From Tubulanus polymorphus (Eukaryota; Animalia; Nemertea): a stretch of DNA of 64,000 nucleotides. The DNA is taken from NCBI RefSeq assembly GCF_964204645.1, contig NC_134035.1, forward strand, positions 9,828,451-9,892,450, given 5' to 3'. This document shows positions 12,149 to 26,300 of the stretch, piece after piece (positions within the stretch are counted from its first letter, which is position 1; each line of letters begins with the position of its first letter). Both the position numbers and the translations under genes were made by a program. The notes under the pieces were generated by a model. That model ran no database searches. It was not told the DNA's origin and worked only from the letters and a program-made list of their open reading frames with translations.

Positions 12149-14946
12149 GAATACGAATACGAATACGAATATTTATTACACTCCAACCATTCCCATGGTA
12201 TATGGAGGAAAAAACAGTATTTACAATTATTTACAAAAACAGTGGATAAAAGCACTTTGAAACATAACAAACGTTATTTACAACATACTATTTACACACA
12301 CTACCGGAGGGATCTATATACATCCAGACCTAATTTGATAAATTTAGCAAGTTTAAAAGTTGGAATTTTTAAAACATCAAGATTCCGAAAGGTATTTGAA
12401 TTTAGGTAGCTTTCACGGAATACGGTAAGTAATTTACAGTCAAAAATGAAATGTAGTTCGTCGCCTAAAACGTTACAGGTGGGGCATAATCTATCGGTTC
12501 TCGGTAGATGGAGATTTGACAATTCCCTTATGAAAATGGTACACGTGTATTTAGCTAAATACACGTGTAATATGAAATTACACGTGTACTTTTGACGTGT
12601 ATTTTGAAATACACGTGTAACTTAGGACGTGTATTTTAAAAACACGTGTAAATTCATATGTGGCTTCTGAAATACACGTGCAATCTGGATGCATGTACTA
12701 GGCTAAAAAATTATACATGTACCTTGTTTCTCATAATTGGTCACTTTTGTAAACTGCAATAAAATTTGTAATTACATCATTTAGCTTCACATGATTTTAT
12801 TAAAAGTAAGATTGTGCATGTAATGTTCGAGGAATTGAAGGAATCTCCTGTCTTTTTAATTGTTTGATCCTCATTTAGTAGTTTTTTCCAGGATGCCGTG
12901 TCAAAAAAGTCATGTTGTTTGTCCTGTATTGACTAGATTGGATCCTGTATGAATGAAGCACATGTCTTTGTTGCCCCTTGAATAAATCCAAAAACTGTTT
13001 CACAAAAATCATGATCTGAACAAAAAATTTTGGATATTTTTCATTTATTATCAAGAAAACTAGAGGCTTAGGGGACTGCCCAAGCCCCGAATTACAATGT
13101 TATTTATGAAAAATGTTGAATATATTGCTGTCACCAGCTCGAAGTGTTCTGCTTTCCTTGTAGGCCCATTCATTAATTTTGCTAGCTAGCTCTTCTTAGC
13201 CGAGGAGTCTTTTCAGTTGTTCATTAACGGGCATGTACACAAAAAAATGTCCTTTTTCCTCTAATGTTGCCTTATCATACTGTATAACACATAATGAACA
13301 TTTGTATCATACCTGCAGTTTTTTTTATAATGTCTTATATACAGGGCAGTAATATTTGTTCACCTCCGGACATAGAGAAAATCTTTTGAAAATAGGCTAA
13401 TTAGAACTGCGTAGAACCGCTTTTCAGTAACAGTAAATTCAACTGATCCAACAATCCAGTCAAAACAGTTGATGTGGATCCAGCTTTGAGGGAGAACGCC
13501 ATAATAGTAGTAACAGCCCCACGATGGTTCACCTCAGCATTTGTGTGGAGAGGATCATCTATTTCCATCAATGAGCTGTGGCTGCAAAACAGATTAAACA
13601 TTTTTGTGATTGGTCAAGTTCATATCGGATGAGTAGATTGGCAATTAAGATTGCATTTTTAGTCATAAGGCACTGTATTACTAACTTACGTTGTCATAAC
13701 CATTGTCTGCATTATTGGTGGATTGTGGCCATTTTCAATTCTTAAATCTTCCAGTTTCTCAAAATCCACTTCTTGAAAAATCGAAATGTCCATCATTTAG
13801 CAATTTACAGGTAGGAGATAAGACCCAATCCTGAACTGGAATAAGCTGGTCACTAAGTCGTCATCAAGCCGATTTATATAGTTTTCAAATTTGATATCCT
13901 TCTTATATTGTCTAAAATTAATGTATGGGTTATTATTTAGCCTAAAATCTGTCTCTTGCACATGCTGATCACGGAGTATACGGTGTATTTGTTTTGGAGA
14001 AGTCCTAGAGTTTACCATAGATTGTTGTGTCCATATATACGAAAGGCCACAGTCATCAAAAGTCTTCTTAATAAATAACAGCCAGGGGCTCTTAAACCTA
14101 TCATTCAGATATAAATTATAAGATATCTTATAGAGAATTGAACTAAGTTTACTTTGTTTGCACTCAATCGTTTTGACCCAAAAATTAATCATTCTACGCT
14201 TTACGCTTAGGCCTATATACATAGGATTACGTCCTAACTCCGCTAATACTTGAAGGTTATGGGAATATTTTGTAACTTTCATGATAATTTTACAAAATAA
14301 ACAGTGGAGGTTTTCTAATAAGTCAAGGTTTTCATATCCCCAGATTTCGCAACCGTACAACGCGATAGGAGCGACACACATGTCAAATAGTTTAAACATT
14401 ACATCTACTGGAAGTTTCAAACGTCTGCCCTTTCGAATAATAGAATACATAGCTTTCATAGCTTTATCATAGAGAATTTTTTTTGCTTTAGCGAAACTAC
14501 CGTTCCAATTGAATTTCACTCCGAGATACACATAATCCTCAACTAACTCTAACTCCTGATTACCGAACATGAATTTCGAAATATGCTTAATCCTACTTTT
14601 ACTTCGAGCGAAGACTAATATTTTAGTTTTATCAACATTCACCGTGAGGCCGTTGTCGGCGCAATATTCAAATAATGTATCTAAATGTGACTGGAGAGAT
14701 TCCTCATCTTCGGCAAGAATGACTGTGTCATCCGCATAAAGGATAATGAATAAGTTAAGTAAAGTCCCTAGTTCTGGGTCACAATTCACATTAAGCTTTT
14801 CAATATACGACAAAGTTGGTTTACCGCGCGTAGCAAAAAAGTCTTCAATATCGTTTAAGAATAAGGAAAATAGGATAGGGGATAAATTTTCACCTTGTCT
14901 TAAACCTCTATCAGCAGCAAAATACTGTGATGTGTTTCCGTTAAAA
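12149..14946 (-). mobile_element. 5'-truncated non-LTR retrotransposon (LINE ORF2, clade uncertain: RTE-X/CR1/L2-like)
   Basis: RT motifs GLRQGENLSPILFSLFLND and YADD, then YVYLG (ORF 13797-14813). C-terminal CCHC motif RLCPTCNVLGDELHFIFDC (12301-12524). The 3' tail is a (GAATAC)n microsatellite on the + strand at 12149. Confidence 0.93.
12525..13795 (-). mobile_element. Insertion splitting LINE ORF2; probable decayed CMC/EnSpm-like DNA transposon remnant
   Basis: Separates the two LINE ORF2 pieces. The left end cccttatgaaaa is followed by repeated ACACGTGT palindromes (subterminal-repeat-like). Disrupted coding remnants ...AFSLKAGSTSTVLTGLLDQLNLLL...KYYCPV. No matching right TIR was found. 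Confidence 0.45.
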
Positions 14947-15116
14947 ATGCCCTTATAACCAACAAACTTTCAAAACTTCCATAATTTCATTCATCTGGAT
15001 GATTCATTATTTAAAGTATTGATCCTCTGAAAAATAGATATGGTTCATCAGTTTTAATTATTACTCTACTGCCAGGGTCGGTTCCTCCACTTCCATTATA
15101 GCGTTCACCTGAACCG

Positions 15117-15239
15117 GGTGGCAGCACCGTACGGTATCCTAGCGGAATTTCTGTGAACTAATATGTATAACTAATGTATAACATTTGCTTGACTTTAGTT
15201 CACAGAAATTCCACTAGGGTACCGTACGGTGCTGCCACC
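15117..15239. mobile_element. Hairpin element with 45-bp inverted arms
   Basis: ggtggcagcaccgtacggtatcctagcggaatttctgtgaactaa (15117-15161) versus ttagttcacagaaattccactagggtaccgtacggtgctgccacc (15195-15239), 2 mismatches. Confidence 0.75.
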
Positions 15240-15370
15240 AAATTTGCCCTGCACTCTTCCACGGGATTCGAACCTAAACACTGTCTCTTTGCATTGGGTT
15301 CGAAACCTGCCAAGTAACAGCATGTGTGGTTACACTCAGTGACAATATACAAACAAATATGAATAGTCCA

Positions 15371-15500
15371 ATCATCCTCTCATTATTTTGATGGTCATCC
15401 TCTGCACTACCGTGCAGTTATCCTCTCATTATTTTGATGGTCATCCTCTCCACTACCGTGCAGTTATCCTCTCAAATATTGTGAGGTGATCATCCTCTCT
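15371..15500. repeat. 46-bp tandem repeat (about 2.5 copies)
   Basis: atcctctcattattttgatggtcatcctct(g/c)cactaccgtgcagtt repeated. Confidence 0.85.
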
Positions 15501-15569
15501 CCAATAAGCAAATCAAAGATAAAACTGATAGCAAAACGTTACTTTTTGTTTAGTTTAGAAATTCTTTTA

Positions 15570-15692
15570 TTCAAAATAAAATAGAAATGTTGATAAAACC
15601 CATCATAAAATAATCTCAGATTTTAAAATGTCATTATCTGGTGGAAGCGGATCATCATAACAAATGCCATAAGTAAAACGTACCACAGAGAC
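15570..15692 (-). other. Candidate distal terminal 3'-UTR exon of CPSF6
   Basis: Minus-strand acceptor attttcag at 15693-15700 and AATAAA at 15586-15591. Candidate upstream donors are CCG|GTAAGT (23313) and AAG|GTAAGT (17289). Confidence 0.4.
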
Positions 15693-18600
15693 CTGAAAAT
15701 ATGAAACATATCAGCTAGATCAAAACTCTCCCTCTCCCAGTTACAGTTACGACTTCAGTCACAGGATTTTAACAATTTAAGATGAGCTTTTTGAATAACT
15801 GACCTTAAAAACACATTCGAATTCGATCAATTAATGCAATCTTATCCGGACATCAAATTGTAGACATCACCATCTGTGTGCTTGTGTGTGTGACTATATC
15901 TAAAAATGACAGGCTTATAAAGGTTAGAATTTACACAATAGCGATTTAATAGACAAAGATGAGACAAGAGTTTATACACATGTATACAGGGATCATTCAT
16001 TTATTACGTATGCATGAAATTTGAGAAAGACCCCGTTAAAAAAACTATTACAGCAAACTCTCCGCCCATAGCGGTCAACTCCGGGACAAGCTAAATGTTA
16101 CCGGTACAGATTTTCAGATTTTTTTACAGTAGGGACAGAAAATTTCATGATTATTGCGCTTATTTGAATAGTTAACCAATAGACTGGTACGCTATAAGCC
16201 GAGTCTACTGTACATAATCAAAAATAACTTGTGACAATCATATTTTGCTTATACATGTACAGGGCAAGTATTTTACACTATCATTCAGTATCAATAATAG
16301 CATTTCTTCGCGACGTTATCTATCGGTTTATTTTTAATCATCGAATAAAAATACGACATCTCTGATCCGCTATAACGGGACGATTTCGAACTAATCTAAA
16401 ATATATCTTACGAGTAAGTAGATACAACTCATGGTAAACTGAACTCTATCGCATTTTATAACTTCAGTATTCATCAATACACCCTTGAAGATTTGTTAGA
16501 TAGGAAAAATAAATACGAGACAAAATATACTATACATGTAGTTAAGTAGATGAGAGCCTAGTCTAAAATTCATTTTTAATATGATTTTTCATCGAATTTA
16601 ATGGTAATAGCTCAAACAAGTCTCGCCGATAAGGCAACATGATGCCTTCCAAAAGATACTCGGTCACACCATATACAGTGTATGTACGTACTACAAATGT
16701 ACTTTCATGCAAGTCGGGTTAAAACTTATGCTCGTGAATATACTGTTAATATAGACTAGTTACCGATTAAAGAGATATTTGTTTAAATATGACATGAAAT
16801 TTCTTGCAGTATTTACTTCACATTTTAACGTTCGAAACTCACAGTACACAAAGAATAAGACATAGGTTCATAGGATGCAAATATTTTCGACGCACACGGT
16901 AAAAGTTCTAAACTTTGTGAAACATATTCATTCACCAAGGCATAAAAACTGTACGGCTATGCACGATATCCTTTACACATTTCTGGAGAATCCAATTCAA
17001 CTGTTCTGGGTTAAATTGAAAGTTTGGTCAAAATTTAAAAAATATCCATTTCTATAAAAGGGTGTTAGGAGGGTTCATAGACTTGCTGTTCATCTCAACT
17101 CCCCAAGTATTTTCAAATAACACCCATTCAAATCATCAATGACCGTTCTCCGCGCAAAATGCTATGAACCATCCTCTAAAAAGTCAAATATAAACCCCAC
17201 TATGTTGAAACTGGTTTCAAAAGTTATCGCAAACCAGTCCAATGACTATACTAAATACTGCTCAACACTCTTGATAACATTTGACTTACCTTAATTATCA
17301 GTTAGTTAACATCTTATCAATCAACGTGTCTGTGTAATAGCGTAGTCTTTACAACATCTTATTATGATAATCCTTTTTTACATGAGTTCAAAATACGAAA
17401 AAAATTGTTCCTCTTTTTACCTTACCCGATTATAGTAATTACATTCTTCATTTAATGATCCTTACACAAAAACAAGTAATTTTCATTCAGGTCGGTAGAA
17501 CAAACCAATCTGTTTCAAGTTGAAGCGGTAGAAAACTCAAAATTGTCCACGAATTGAAACTTTTCCGCGATAGATAGAAAAATGTCTTAATTGCGGTGAA
17601 ACACTCTGTCCATGTTGTTGCTATAATACAAAATCCCAAAATAAGAATGAAAATTATATTCATTGAGTAGATGATTTTAAGAATATAGTTGCAATTTGAA
17701 TGAAAATTATCTCAAGTAAGCATTCGCATTCTTTCTTATTAATGGGATTTCATATCAGAGAAGTGTCTAAGATCTTGGGTGACTATAATAGGTAACTTAA
17801 ATTTCTATCTAGTGTAGTCATAAATAAACATATAGCAATTGATATTCGAAGTCCTAATAATCAATAATGCATAAAAAATGGCAGTAGGAAAGAAGTATTC
17901 TTCCATTTGAAGAAAGCCCATCCGACCCGGATAACTAAATGTTTGTTTAAAATGCCCTAAATAAATTCTGTAAAAATAAAATTTGTGTTATGTTACAAAA
18001 CTTTACATATGGATTTATATAAGTGGGTAAACTACATTGATTTCATGATCATTTTTGGATGAATCTGGTTTTTTCACCAAGATAAATGATTCTTAAGTTT
18101 AAACATAAGAGAGAATGCACTTAATATTTTTTTAAGATGAAGCATGCATATCAGTATCCGCCGAGTGTTAGTGCAGGTTCTTTTGAAAATGCATCTTAAC
18201 AAATATCGACATGTATTGACAAGAAAATTCCCCAAAGTTGAAACAATTTCTGAAGGAAGTTTCATAGAATGACAAACCTACGCCTTTATAAACAACGTGC
18301 TATCGACTCCGGTCAAGACATATAAATTTGAACGTTGAAAATATTTCAATGAATACCCTAGACGATCCAGACTTCAGCGGAGTCTACCATACGCATATGT
18401 CAAGTACAGAGATGGTATAATTTGTTCTAAAAATTAAAACTGTTCCTAAATAAAAACGCTTTTCTATGATGCAACTGTACTTCACATATATTTGCAATAA
18501 ACTGTCAGCCAGTTTAACTATAAGAACGAACATGGGAAAAATGTCAAAATCAAGAGAAAACTACAAAATGAACACTTCCAATTCATGGCATTTGCGACAA

Positions 18601-21600
18601 AATTAAAATATTTTAATAGTCACGTTCGACGTACTAAGTTACAGTTAAGAAATATCGACACAAACATATATACGGTATAAACGAGCAGAAATGATCGGAA
18701 TAAAACTTGATCTCGATGTCTTCTTCTTGACTTTAAGTCGGCTCGTTCAGCGCGTTAAACTCTGCCAGCTGATCCGAAGACGATGATTCTCCGTAGATCC
18801 TGCTTTTGTCCGAGAATCCTCAACTTGTCCAAGTTGCAGTCCACGTTCCGTTGATAGATGATCATAAATCCGTTGATTCGAGGAACAACGATTTTACGCG
18901 GGGTAACAACAGAGACATTCTTAATATAACGACGACAAATGCTTATCAGTCGTTAATGTTAAAGTTTTAAAATGTATTTACAAATTGTCTAATGGTTGGT
19001 CGTACGTGATTAGATTAAGTTGTATATTTGTTTTCTCATCTAGTTGTTGATCCATACTCACAATATTAACGATTTTACACATTAAACGATGATGTATATT
19101 TACAAAGTACAAACACTTTATCAATCAATTTGTATTCAACCTAAAAATGGACAAAAGAAAAAGACAAAGTCGTTAAACGCAATTACGAAATTCAACAGGT
19201 TCGAACAGGTATTGGTGGAAAGAGATACTCTAAACCTACTGAGCGGACACAGTTCTACTCGCGCTAAGTTGATCGAATGCTGAACTGGAATTGTTCGAAA
19301 CATTATCGCATCAAACTTGACATTTTTCAAGGACAAAAATACAGATTTTCTTCATAATTGTAGGTTCGATTGAATACAAGTAGACTGCACCTTAATCGGT
19401 AGCGTTGGGACTGTAAATATCCCAAAAGAATCGAGGAATTTTCGAAATAAATCGACGAATACCAACTTGAGCTGTTTACCCAGTAAACCAGCACCGACAA
19501 ATGAGGTGTCTACTGTACGTAACCAACTTAGCAACGAGTTGACAGGAGTCTACTTAGCTCAAAAAAACGGATTTGTTTCTTAGAAATGATAGATCAGAAT
19601 GCCCTACTTCTAAATATCGCGCACAACAAGTACAAATACCATCACAGATCATCACAGGGTTTCCACTCATTCAACTGATATATTTCAATGAGTGCGCAGT
19701 TGATGACGAACGCTGAAATAAATGTTTCATTAGTGCATCGTGATTCGAACAGTGACGATGAAAATATGAAATTCAGTAATACCGTCGAGTAATTGAACAA
19801 TATTTGAATTTCAAATTGAAATTGACTGAAGGCACAAATGGATAACTATATTTCGGGATGGATTGTCATTCGAATAAAATGCATTACGGTACTACTGAAT
19901 TCCAAAATAGCTATCTGTAACAACTTGTACGCAACAATTTAAAGAGCAGCTCAAAAACTGGACCCATTTTGTCCGAATAGATCAGAAATGAACAGGATGA
20001 ATAACTGTTTAAATAGCCTAAACATACAGGGTTACAGATCACTATACAGCAGAGTACAACATACAATGATGAATATCATCAAATAGATACACAAAAAATA
20101 CCACAAAATACACATTTACACTTTCGGACCTTTCAATAATATGCCCATACAAGAGTATACAATTGAGCTCATAGTATCCCAATCAATCAAATAATCAAGA
20201 AATCTTTAGTCAAATTAAGTTATTAAGTTATTTTTCTATTCCTAATCTTCTTAAACAAGATGTCAGTTGTTATATTTAGAAATGCTCGAACGAGACTATC
20301 TTCTCGGGAGCATTCCGCTAAACATCAATGATAACCTTTCAAATGGACTTTAAGAAAAAGAACAATCATTTATTATTTTTCTGTTCTAATTGAAATGCGA
20401 TTGTTTGAACAAATTTTAAAGAATAATTGAAAATTATTTCCTACAAATATCACTTGATTTCCGCAAAGCATGAATAATGTACATTTGGCTATTCAATTCA
20501 GCAATAGCCACATGAATCAAAAGACATGATTTTTCATGACATCAATTTCAAAACCCAGGGTCCAGTTGCACAATCAGGACTAAAGACCCAATATGGCCAT
20601 TGAAAGCCCTAACAACTTTTACAATTCATTTTAGACGCTTGTTTACGAAGTCTCCACAGTGCAACCAGATCCCAAGCATCAGGATTGGAAGAAAAAATAG
20701 TGAGTCTAGCAACATTACCAATGGTAAAAAAGTATGTAAATAGGTGTTTGTCAAAATCTATAATTCTTGATAATGAATTGGTTTATTCTAACACGGTCTA
20801 TAGCACCTTAAAATCAAATATTCTTCAAATCAAAATCCTAATATTTGTCACCTTTGTGAACTAATTCGTTTTTCAACAGATTGATAGATTGATAAATGAT
20901 CAATTCTACTACTGGAAACATAATTATTTCATTCTCAGAACTTGCGCGACTTCCACAAAGAAAAAAATTCTCATACTCGAAGTTAAAGCAACACGTGTCG
21001 AAAAAAATGTTTTGAAACTTTTTCAGAAAATAGGCATTTAAAACCCGAGAGCTGGTCTTATAGATCGAACAGTGATAATACAGCAAACCTCACCCATCTT
21101 AGACTGGTACTGGGACCGGTAAAATCTGTCTGAGGTCAATGTTAAGGATAGGAAAATCCATTAGAAAGTCGGGAAAATGATTCTGTTTTTGTAGTTTGAC
21201 ATGTGTTTCGGTAGAAACTGGTAAATTAATGGGATTCGAACCTTCCCGGTCTGTTTTTAATTTATGCAGAACTACGGGTTAAAGGTTGCAGTCAATATCC
21301 GGTTTTTCCACGAGACCGCGCCGGTCGAATATAGTTTCTAAAACAACGAATTTGAAATAAGAGAATGTTGACGTAACACGTATTATAAGTTGTTCTGTAT
21401 GTCGTTTCACACTTCGAATAGTTGAAATAAACTAACTATACCAAATCGACTGCTTCGTCAATTTATTCGGCCGGTTGGCTATCCAACATGTTTGAGTTAG
21501 GTGAGGTTTACTGTTTTACCTGTTCCCGCAGCGATTTAAGTCTCGCCTGTTTCAATAATTCCAACTGGGTTGAGAAAATCTATATCTATATAAAGATAAA

Positions 21601-22907
21601 TCTATATGAAAGAATATAGCTATAAATAACTCAACCTATGAAAACCATAGCGTGTCTACAAGGGCTGATTAATCATTCAGCGTTCATGGAGAAATGAAAG
21701 AAATTAAACTAAACCATTGGTCATCAATGATAGGATAACAAGAAGACTTTTCTGTCCCCCCAGTCCTGGAGACAATTGCCAATTTCTATTCTAAATGAAT
21801 AACGGTTTTCCTTTGATTCATAGAACAGGGCTGCCAACCTCTGCAAAGTTATGAACCTCGGTAGCATCTATCGTATATCTGTACGCATCAAACAAACCAC
21901 ACCAGTATTTTTCGAGACGAAAAAGTAAGAAAATACCGAAAATCAGGAATAGCTAGCTGACGGCTCAAGACAGAAAATCAGAATTCACTACATCTGAAAG
22001 TGCAGGGTATGGGCAGCAGATCGATACACTGAGCACGCATCATATTCAACCCTTGTAGACACAATATTCGTACATATACGTAGGGTTAAATAATATGTGA
22101 ATGATATACATTAAATATATGACAATTAAATCTGAAATGAAACATTTGAAACAACAGTTCTTCGTGGCTCTTCGCTATTAAGATAAATGCTGAAAGAAAT
22201 TCGTCAAAAGTTATTATTAATTCCAACATACAAAGACATTTATACAGCACAAATCATCGTATGTAATAAAAGACAGTTTCGATATTAAAGAACTTAAAAT
22301 AATTAACATAAAGATTGTCATGAAAATACTTAAAGAATTTATCGGCAAACATAAATGGAAAAGTATCAGGTACATTAAGAATTGGTAATCGATCATTTAG
22401 TTAAATTCTTACCAAACACTAACAAAACAGTTGTTTTCAATGACCTTCATTACGCTTTTCAAAAAGTTTCCAATTAATCACATAAAACAAAGGCATTAAG
22501 TAGATTCAGAAATTTTTTTCAAGGTTTAAAATATCATATGCTTGAGGTAACGCAAACACTCAGAACAATCAGAATGGAAACTCCCCCGCCCGGGTTACGG
22601 CATCGCTGTAACTGATCACCTGTATTATTTCACACATAAATATACTACACATGCTTGCATCAGATGGATCAATATCGAAATGTCAATTCACAACGACCGA
22701 AAAACAGAGTTTATCAATAAATCATCACAAAGAAGTTAACGCTTTTCAACAGCTATACCTAGAGTCTATTATATAAAGTGTATAGACATCTGAACATGTA
22801 AATTTCTTATTCTAATCGAAGATCACTTTAAACAATATAAAATAAATATTTCGTCTGACTATTCTATCAATTCACTCGTTATCAAACAACATGATACCAT
22901 TCATTCA

Positions 22908-23158
22908 CAGGGTGGCCACTTTCCACCCATTTACAAATCACCTGAGTTTTTCACTATGATTATACAAAATTCCCTGAGTGAATCAGAGAAATTGCTAGGT
23001 TCAAAATATTACAATTCATTCATTTTTCATTGAATCACGTACTGATAAAGAAACATGCGGTCAATAGCATTATCTGAATTCCCCTAGTTTTCCAGGTTTT
23101 TGAAAAAATTCGTCAAATTCCCCGAGTTTTACAGGTTTTCCAGGTCAGTGGCCACCCT
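22908..23158. mobile_element. MITE family C (TIR cagggtggccact)
   Basis: Ends cagggtggccact / agtggccaccct. Further copies at 28327-28664, 34409-34637, 49512-49801 and 50492-50705. Confidence 0.85.
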
Positions 23159-23348
23159 CGATTCATCAGTTCGAAGACGACTTCTACCGAAATCTGAGCA
23201 AACACTTTATCAAACTATTTAATTAATACTTTTCATAATCATTGTTTTACACTTGCAATTTTTTTCCTGAGACGGGAAACATTTGCTTCTGTTTTGGCAC
23301 ATTTTTGACTTACCGGTAACGCAACGATGACGCAATGTTTGTTTATTG

Positions 23349-26300
23349 TTAATGTCGGCTGCTGCGACTACTCGATGTATACTCGACTTCGCGTTCGCGC
23401 TCGCTGCGTTCGCGCTCGCTGTCTCTGTGACTGCGCGACCGCGATCGCTCCGGGTCGTGGTAGCGTTCGCGGTCTCTCTCGCGATCGCGACTTCGCTCGC
23501 GGTATTCCTCGCGTTCGCGGCTACGCGACGAACGACGCGATCGACTGCTGCGCGACTTCTCTCTCTCGCGGTCACGGTCGCGATCTCTTTCCCGATCGCG
23601 CGAACGAGAACGTCTTTCACGACTTGAACCGGCGCTGAAAAAGATATAAACCACAAATCCAGTTTCAATCACAACTCATAGTCCTACATAGTTCTACTCA
23701 TAGTGTGCAAAATTCAAGGTAAGTTTGACCAATGTTGAAATAATTCCATTTTCAATGTATGAAACCCTGAACCCAGTTCCACAGTTCCGAGTTAAGATTT
23801 GACTCGGAGTTAACTCATTGAAAATGAACTAATCATAACTCTAACTCACAACTGTGGAACCGGGTCATAGAGTCTAATTTCAACCCAGTCTGGGCCTTGG
23901 GAGTTCAAATTGGATCCCTTTCAATTGGTTCACTCTTCTTTTCAGTCAAATCTAGCTCACTCTCCTAACCCGTTAACGACAGATGCAGAGCGACGAATAC
24001 TAATATCTCTTACCTGGATCCGTACGACTTGGCTTCGATACCGTGCAGCGTGTCCTGCAGGGAAGTGATCAGTATCTTACAGCGATCGTCGCTGGCAATC
24101 TTCGATTGTTTGATTAACGATATCGCCGTCACTAACGTCTCGATGGCGCTCGCGAAATCACCTATTATATAAAACAATTACGATATTTCGATTAACCCCG
24201 CATGAAGTGCCATCGTTTTTCAAAATTGTTTCCATGAAATATTGGGACACGATCCTCAGTAATACATTCAAACTCAGTCCGCCTTTAAATGAAAATATAA
24301 AATCCCACACTAAGAAGGATCATCGGTCAGAAATGTTACCTAAAACTCCTTTTCAATTCGACATTTCAACTTTCCTTATTAATATTTCAGTTTAGGATGA
24401 AGTTAAATTAAAACGTTGAATAAACTACCAGCCCAGTGAAACATTTTTCACTCTTTTTACCTATTTCTAGTTTCGAATCTTACAGGGTAACCACAAAACA
24501 TCCACCTCTGAATTCCCTGGTTTTTCCCAGTGAAACTTTTTCGAAGTTCTGATGAATTGTTTTGAATTCCCTGCGAGAAATCAGTTGCCCGTTTTCCAGG
24601 TGGTCACCATATAACATTTTCACATTTCTGCTCGACGTAAATCAAGTCGGTATTTCGCTGGCCAAAACGAAGTAACAAACTTTCCGGGGAAGGGGGATTG
24701 CTCTATCCTACCTGCGCTAGCGTCCTGTACAGCCTTCGATATAGCACTGCTGGACACGGTCTTATTACGTTGTAACATATCTTCATATTCCGACTCGGAT
24801 ATTGACGGCGGAGGAGCGTCGTGTCGGCTGGAAATAATAACACGCAAATCATTGTTATCGATTCGCAAAATCGTAGGAATGAAGATAGATATCGAATGTT
24901 GAAAATATGCAATTTTCAACAATTGGTAAAAACGCTGTGTCCGTGTTGTGACGATACATAGAGAATCACATCCTGAAGACGATTATTAGGCTACTGTCAA
25001 AACATTGTACAAATAAATTATTGGCTTTATCTCATCTTCCTCATTAACTTGATGTTGGATTCTCTATCAGTCTATTTTCAATGTTCAATATCTAATCTTT
25101 TTGGATTACGCACAAAGATGAACTGATTCTTATCACTATGAGGGATTTGAAGTAACCATAACCAAGCTATACATGTTGATACTACTAAGCAAAAACTTGA
25201 ATGCCTAACTCTCAGCACTAACGGAGGTTTAACTGTGTTTTCGACGTTCAATGTCTAACTTTTTGGATTATGCACACACAGAGATGAACTCATTTCAATC
25301 ACAACGAGGAGGATTTAAATAACCACGTCGATAATCAACAAAACCTTAAAACCTAATGCATTGAATGTCTAATATATGTCTAATAATAGGTCCTTTTATA
25401 TTCTAAAGAGATATTTAATAATAATCGAGCGCCAAAACTCAACATAACTCAAGAGATTAACTTAAAGAGATTTCATAATAAGCTGCATCAAGTCTACACA
25501 ATGATTCTTTTTAGTTTGATATACATTTCAATGCGAGGAGAGGAAGGATATTTCATCGTACCGCTAATGAGAGACGAGAGATTCATTGAAAATTACCTTT
25601 CAGAATGTTCATACCTATCTGGAGGTCGAGCGTATGGATCGTACGATACCTGCTGCGGAGGTGCACGATATGGATCTTGTGGCTGAAAGCGAAAACAACA
25701 AGAAATCTTATATTTCATACGAACTTTAAGAACCGACTTCTTTCCGTACTTGGAAATTCTGGAATATTGTTGACTACGTAATCGAATTAATGTCAATCTT
25801 TATCAAAACACTGATCCCAGACCACTGGGCCACTTTTATTTGACTTGCTTTTTCCCCATTTTATTTGACTTGCTTTCCACCCCCGACTATTCCCTGACAT
25901 GCACCTTTCTTTCCCTGACTCGATCTGCTAAGAATCCAATCAATTAAATAAGTCAAATACATAAAATGCAGACGGAAACTGATTGAACTTGATTTTACAC
26001 GCGATTTAGCAATCTTAACATATTTCCGCGTCTTATCCCTGATTTTCAGTTACAAAATTCCTACTTTTTAGAAGAAAAGAGAATTTTTTGAGTGACTCTT
26101 CTGTCACCCTGATGACTGTGCACCGTTTTTAAACTTACCGGTTGCGAGTTCGGTTGCGGTTGAGGGAAAAATGCAGGATTGACGTGAGGAGCAGGCGCTG
26201 ATTGAGGAGGCATCGGTCCAGGCTGAGGTTGCGGGTGATGCTGAGGTGGAGGCATACCTACAAAACCAGAAACTTCACCATCATCACCGTTCGGGAAGGT

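Larger units (their letters stand above)
11208..15170. repeat. About 254-bp satellite array interrupted by a LINE
   Basis: Units start at 11208, 11461, 11715 and 11969 (the last cut at 12148). The array resumes at 14947-about 15170. Confidence 0.95.

Noticed and set aside
15255-15315. tRNA gene
   Set aside because: Only two opposed B-box/T-arm-like motifs with no cloverleaf; likely a SINE or MITE fragment.
18720-18930. GC-richer island with short minus-strand ORFs downstream of CPSF6
   Set aside because: The ORFs are short with no clear splice sites or homology.
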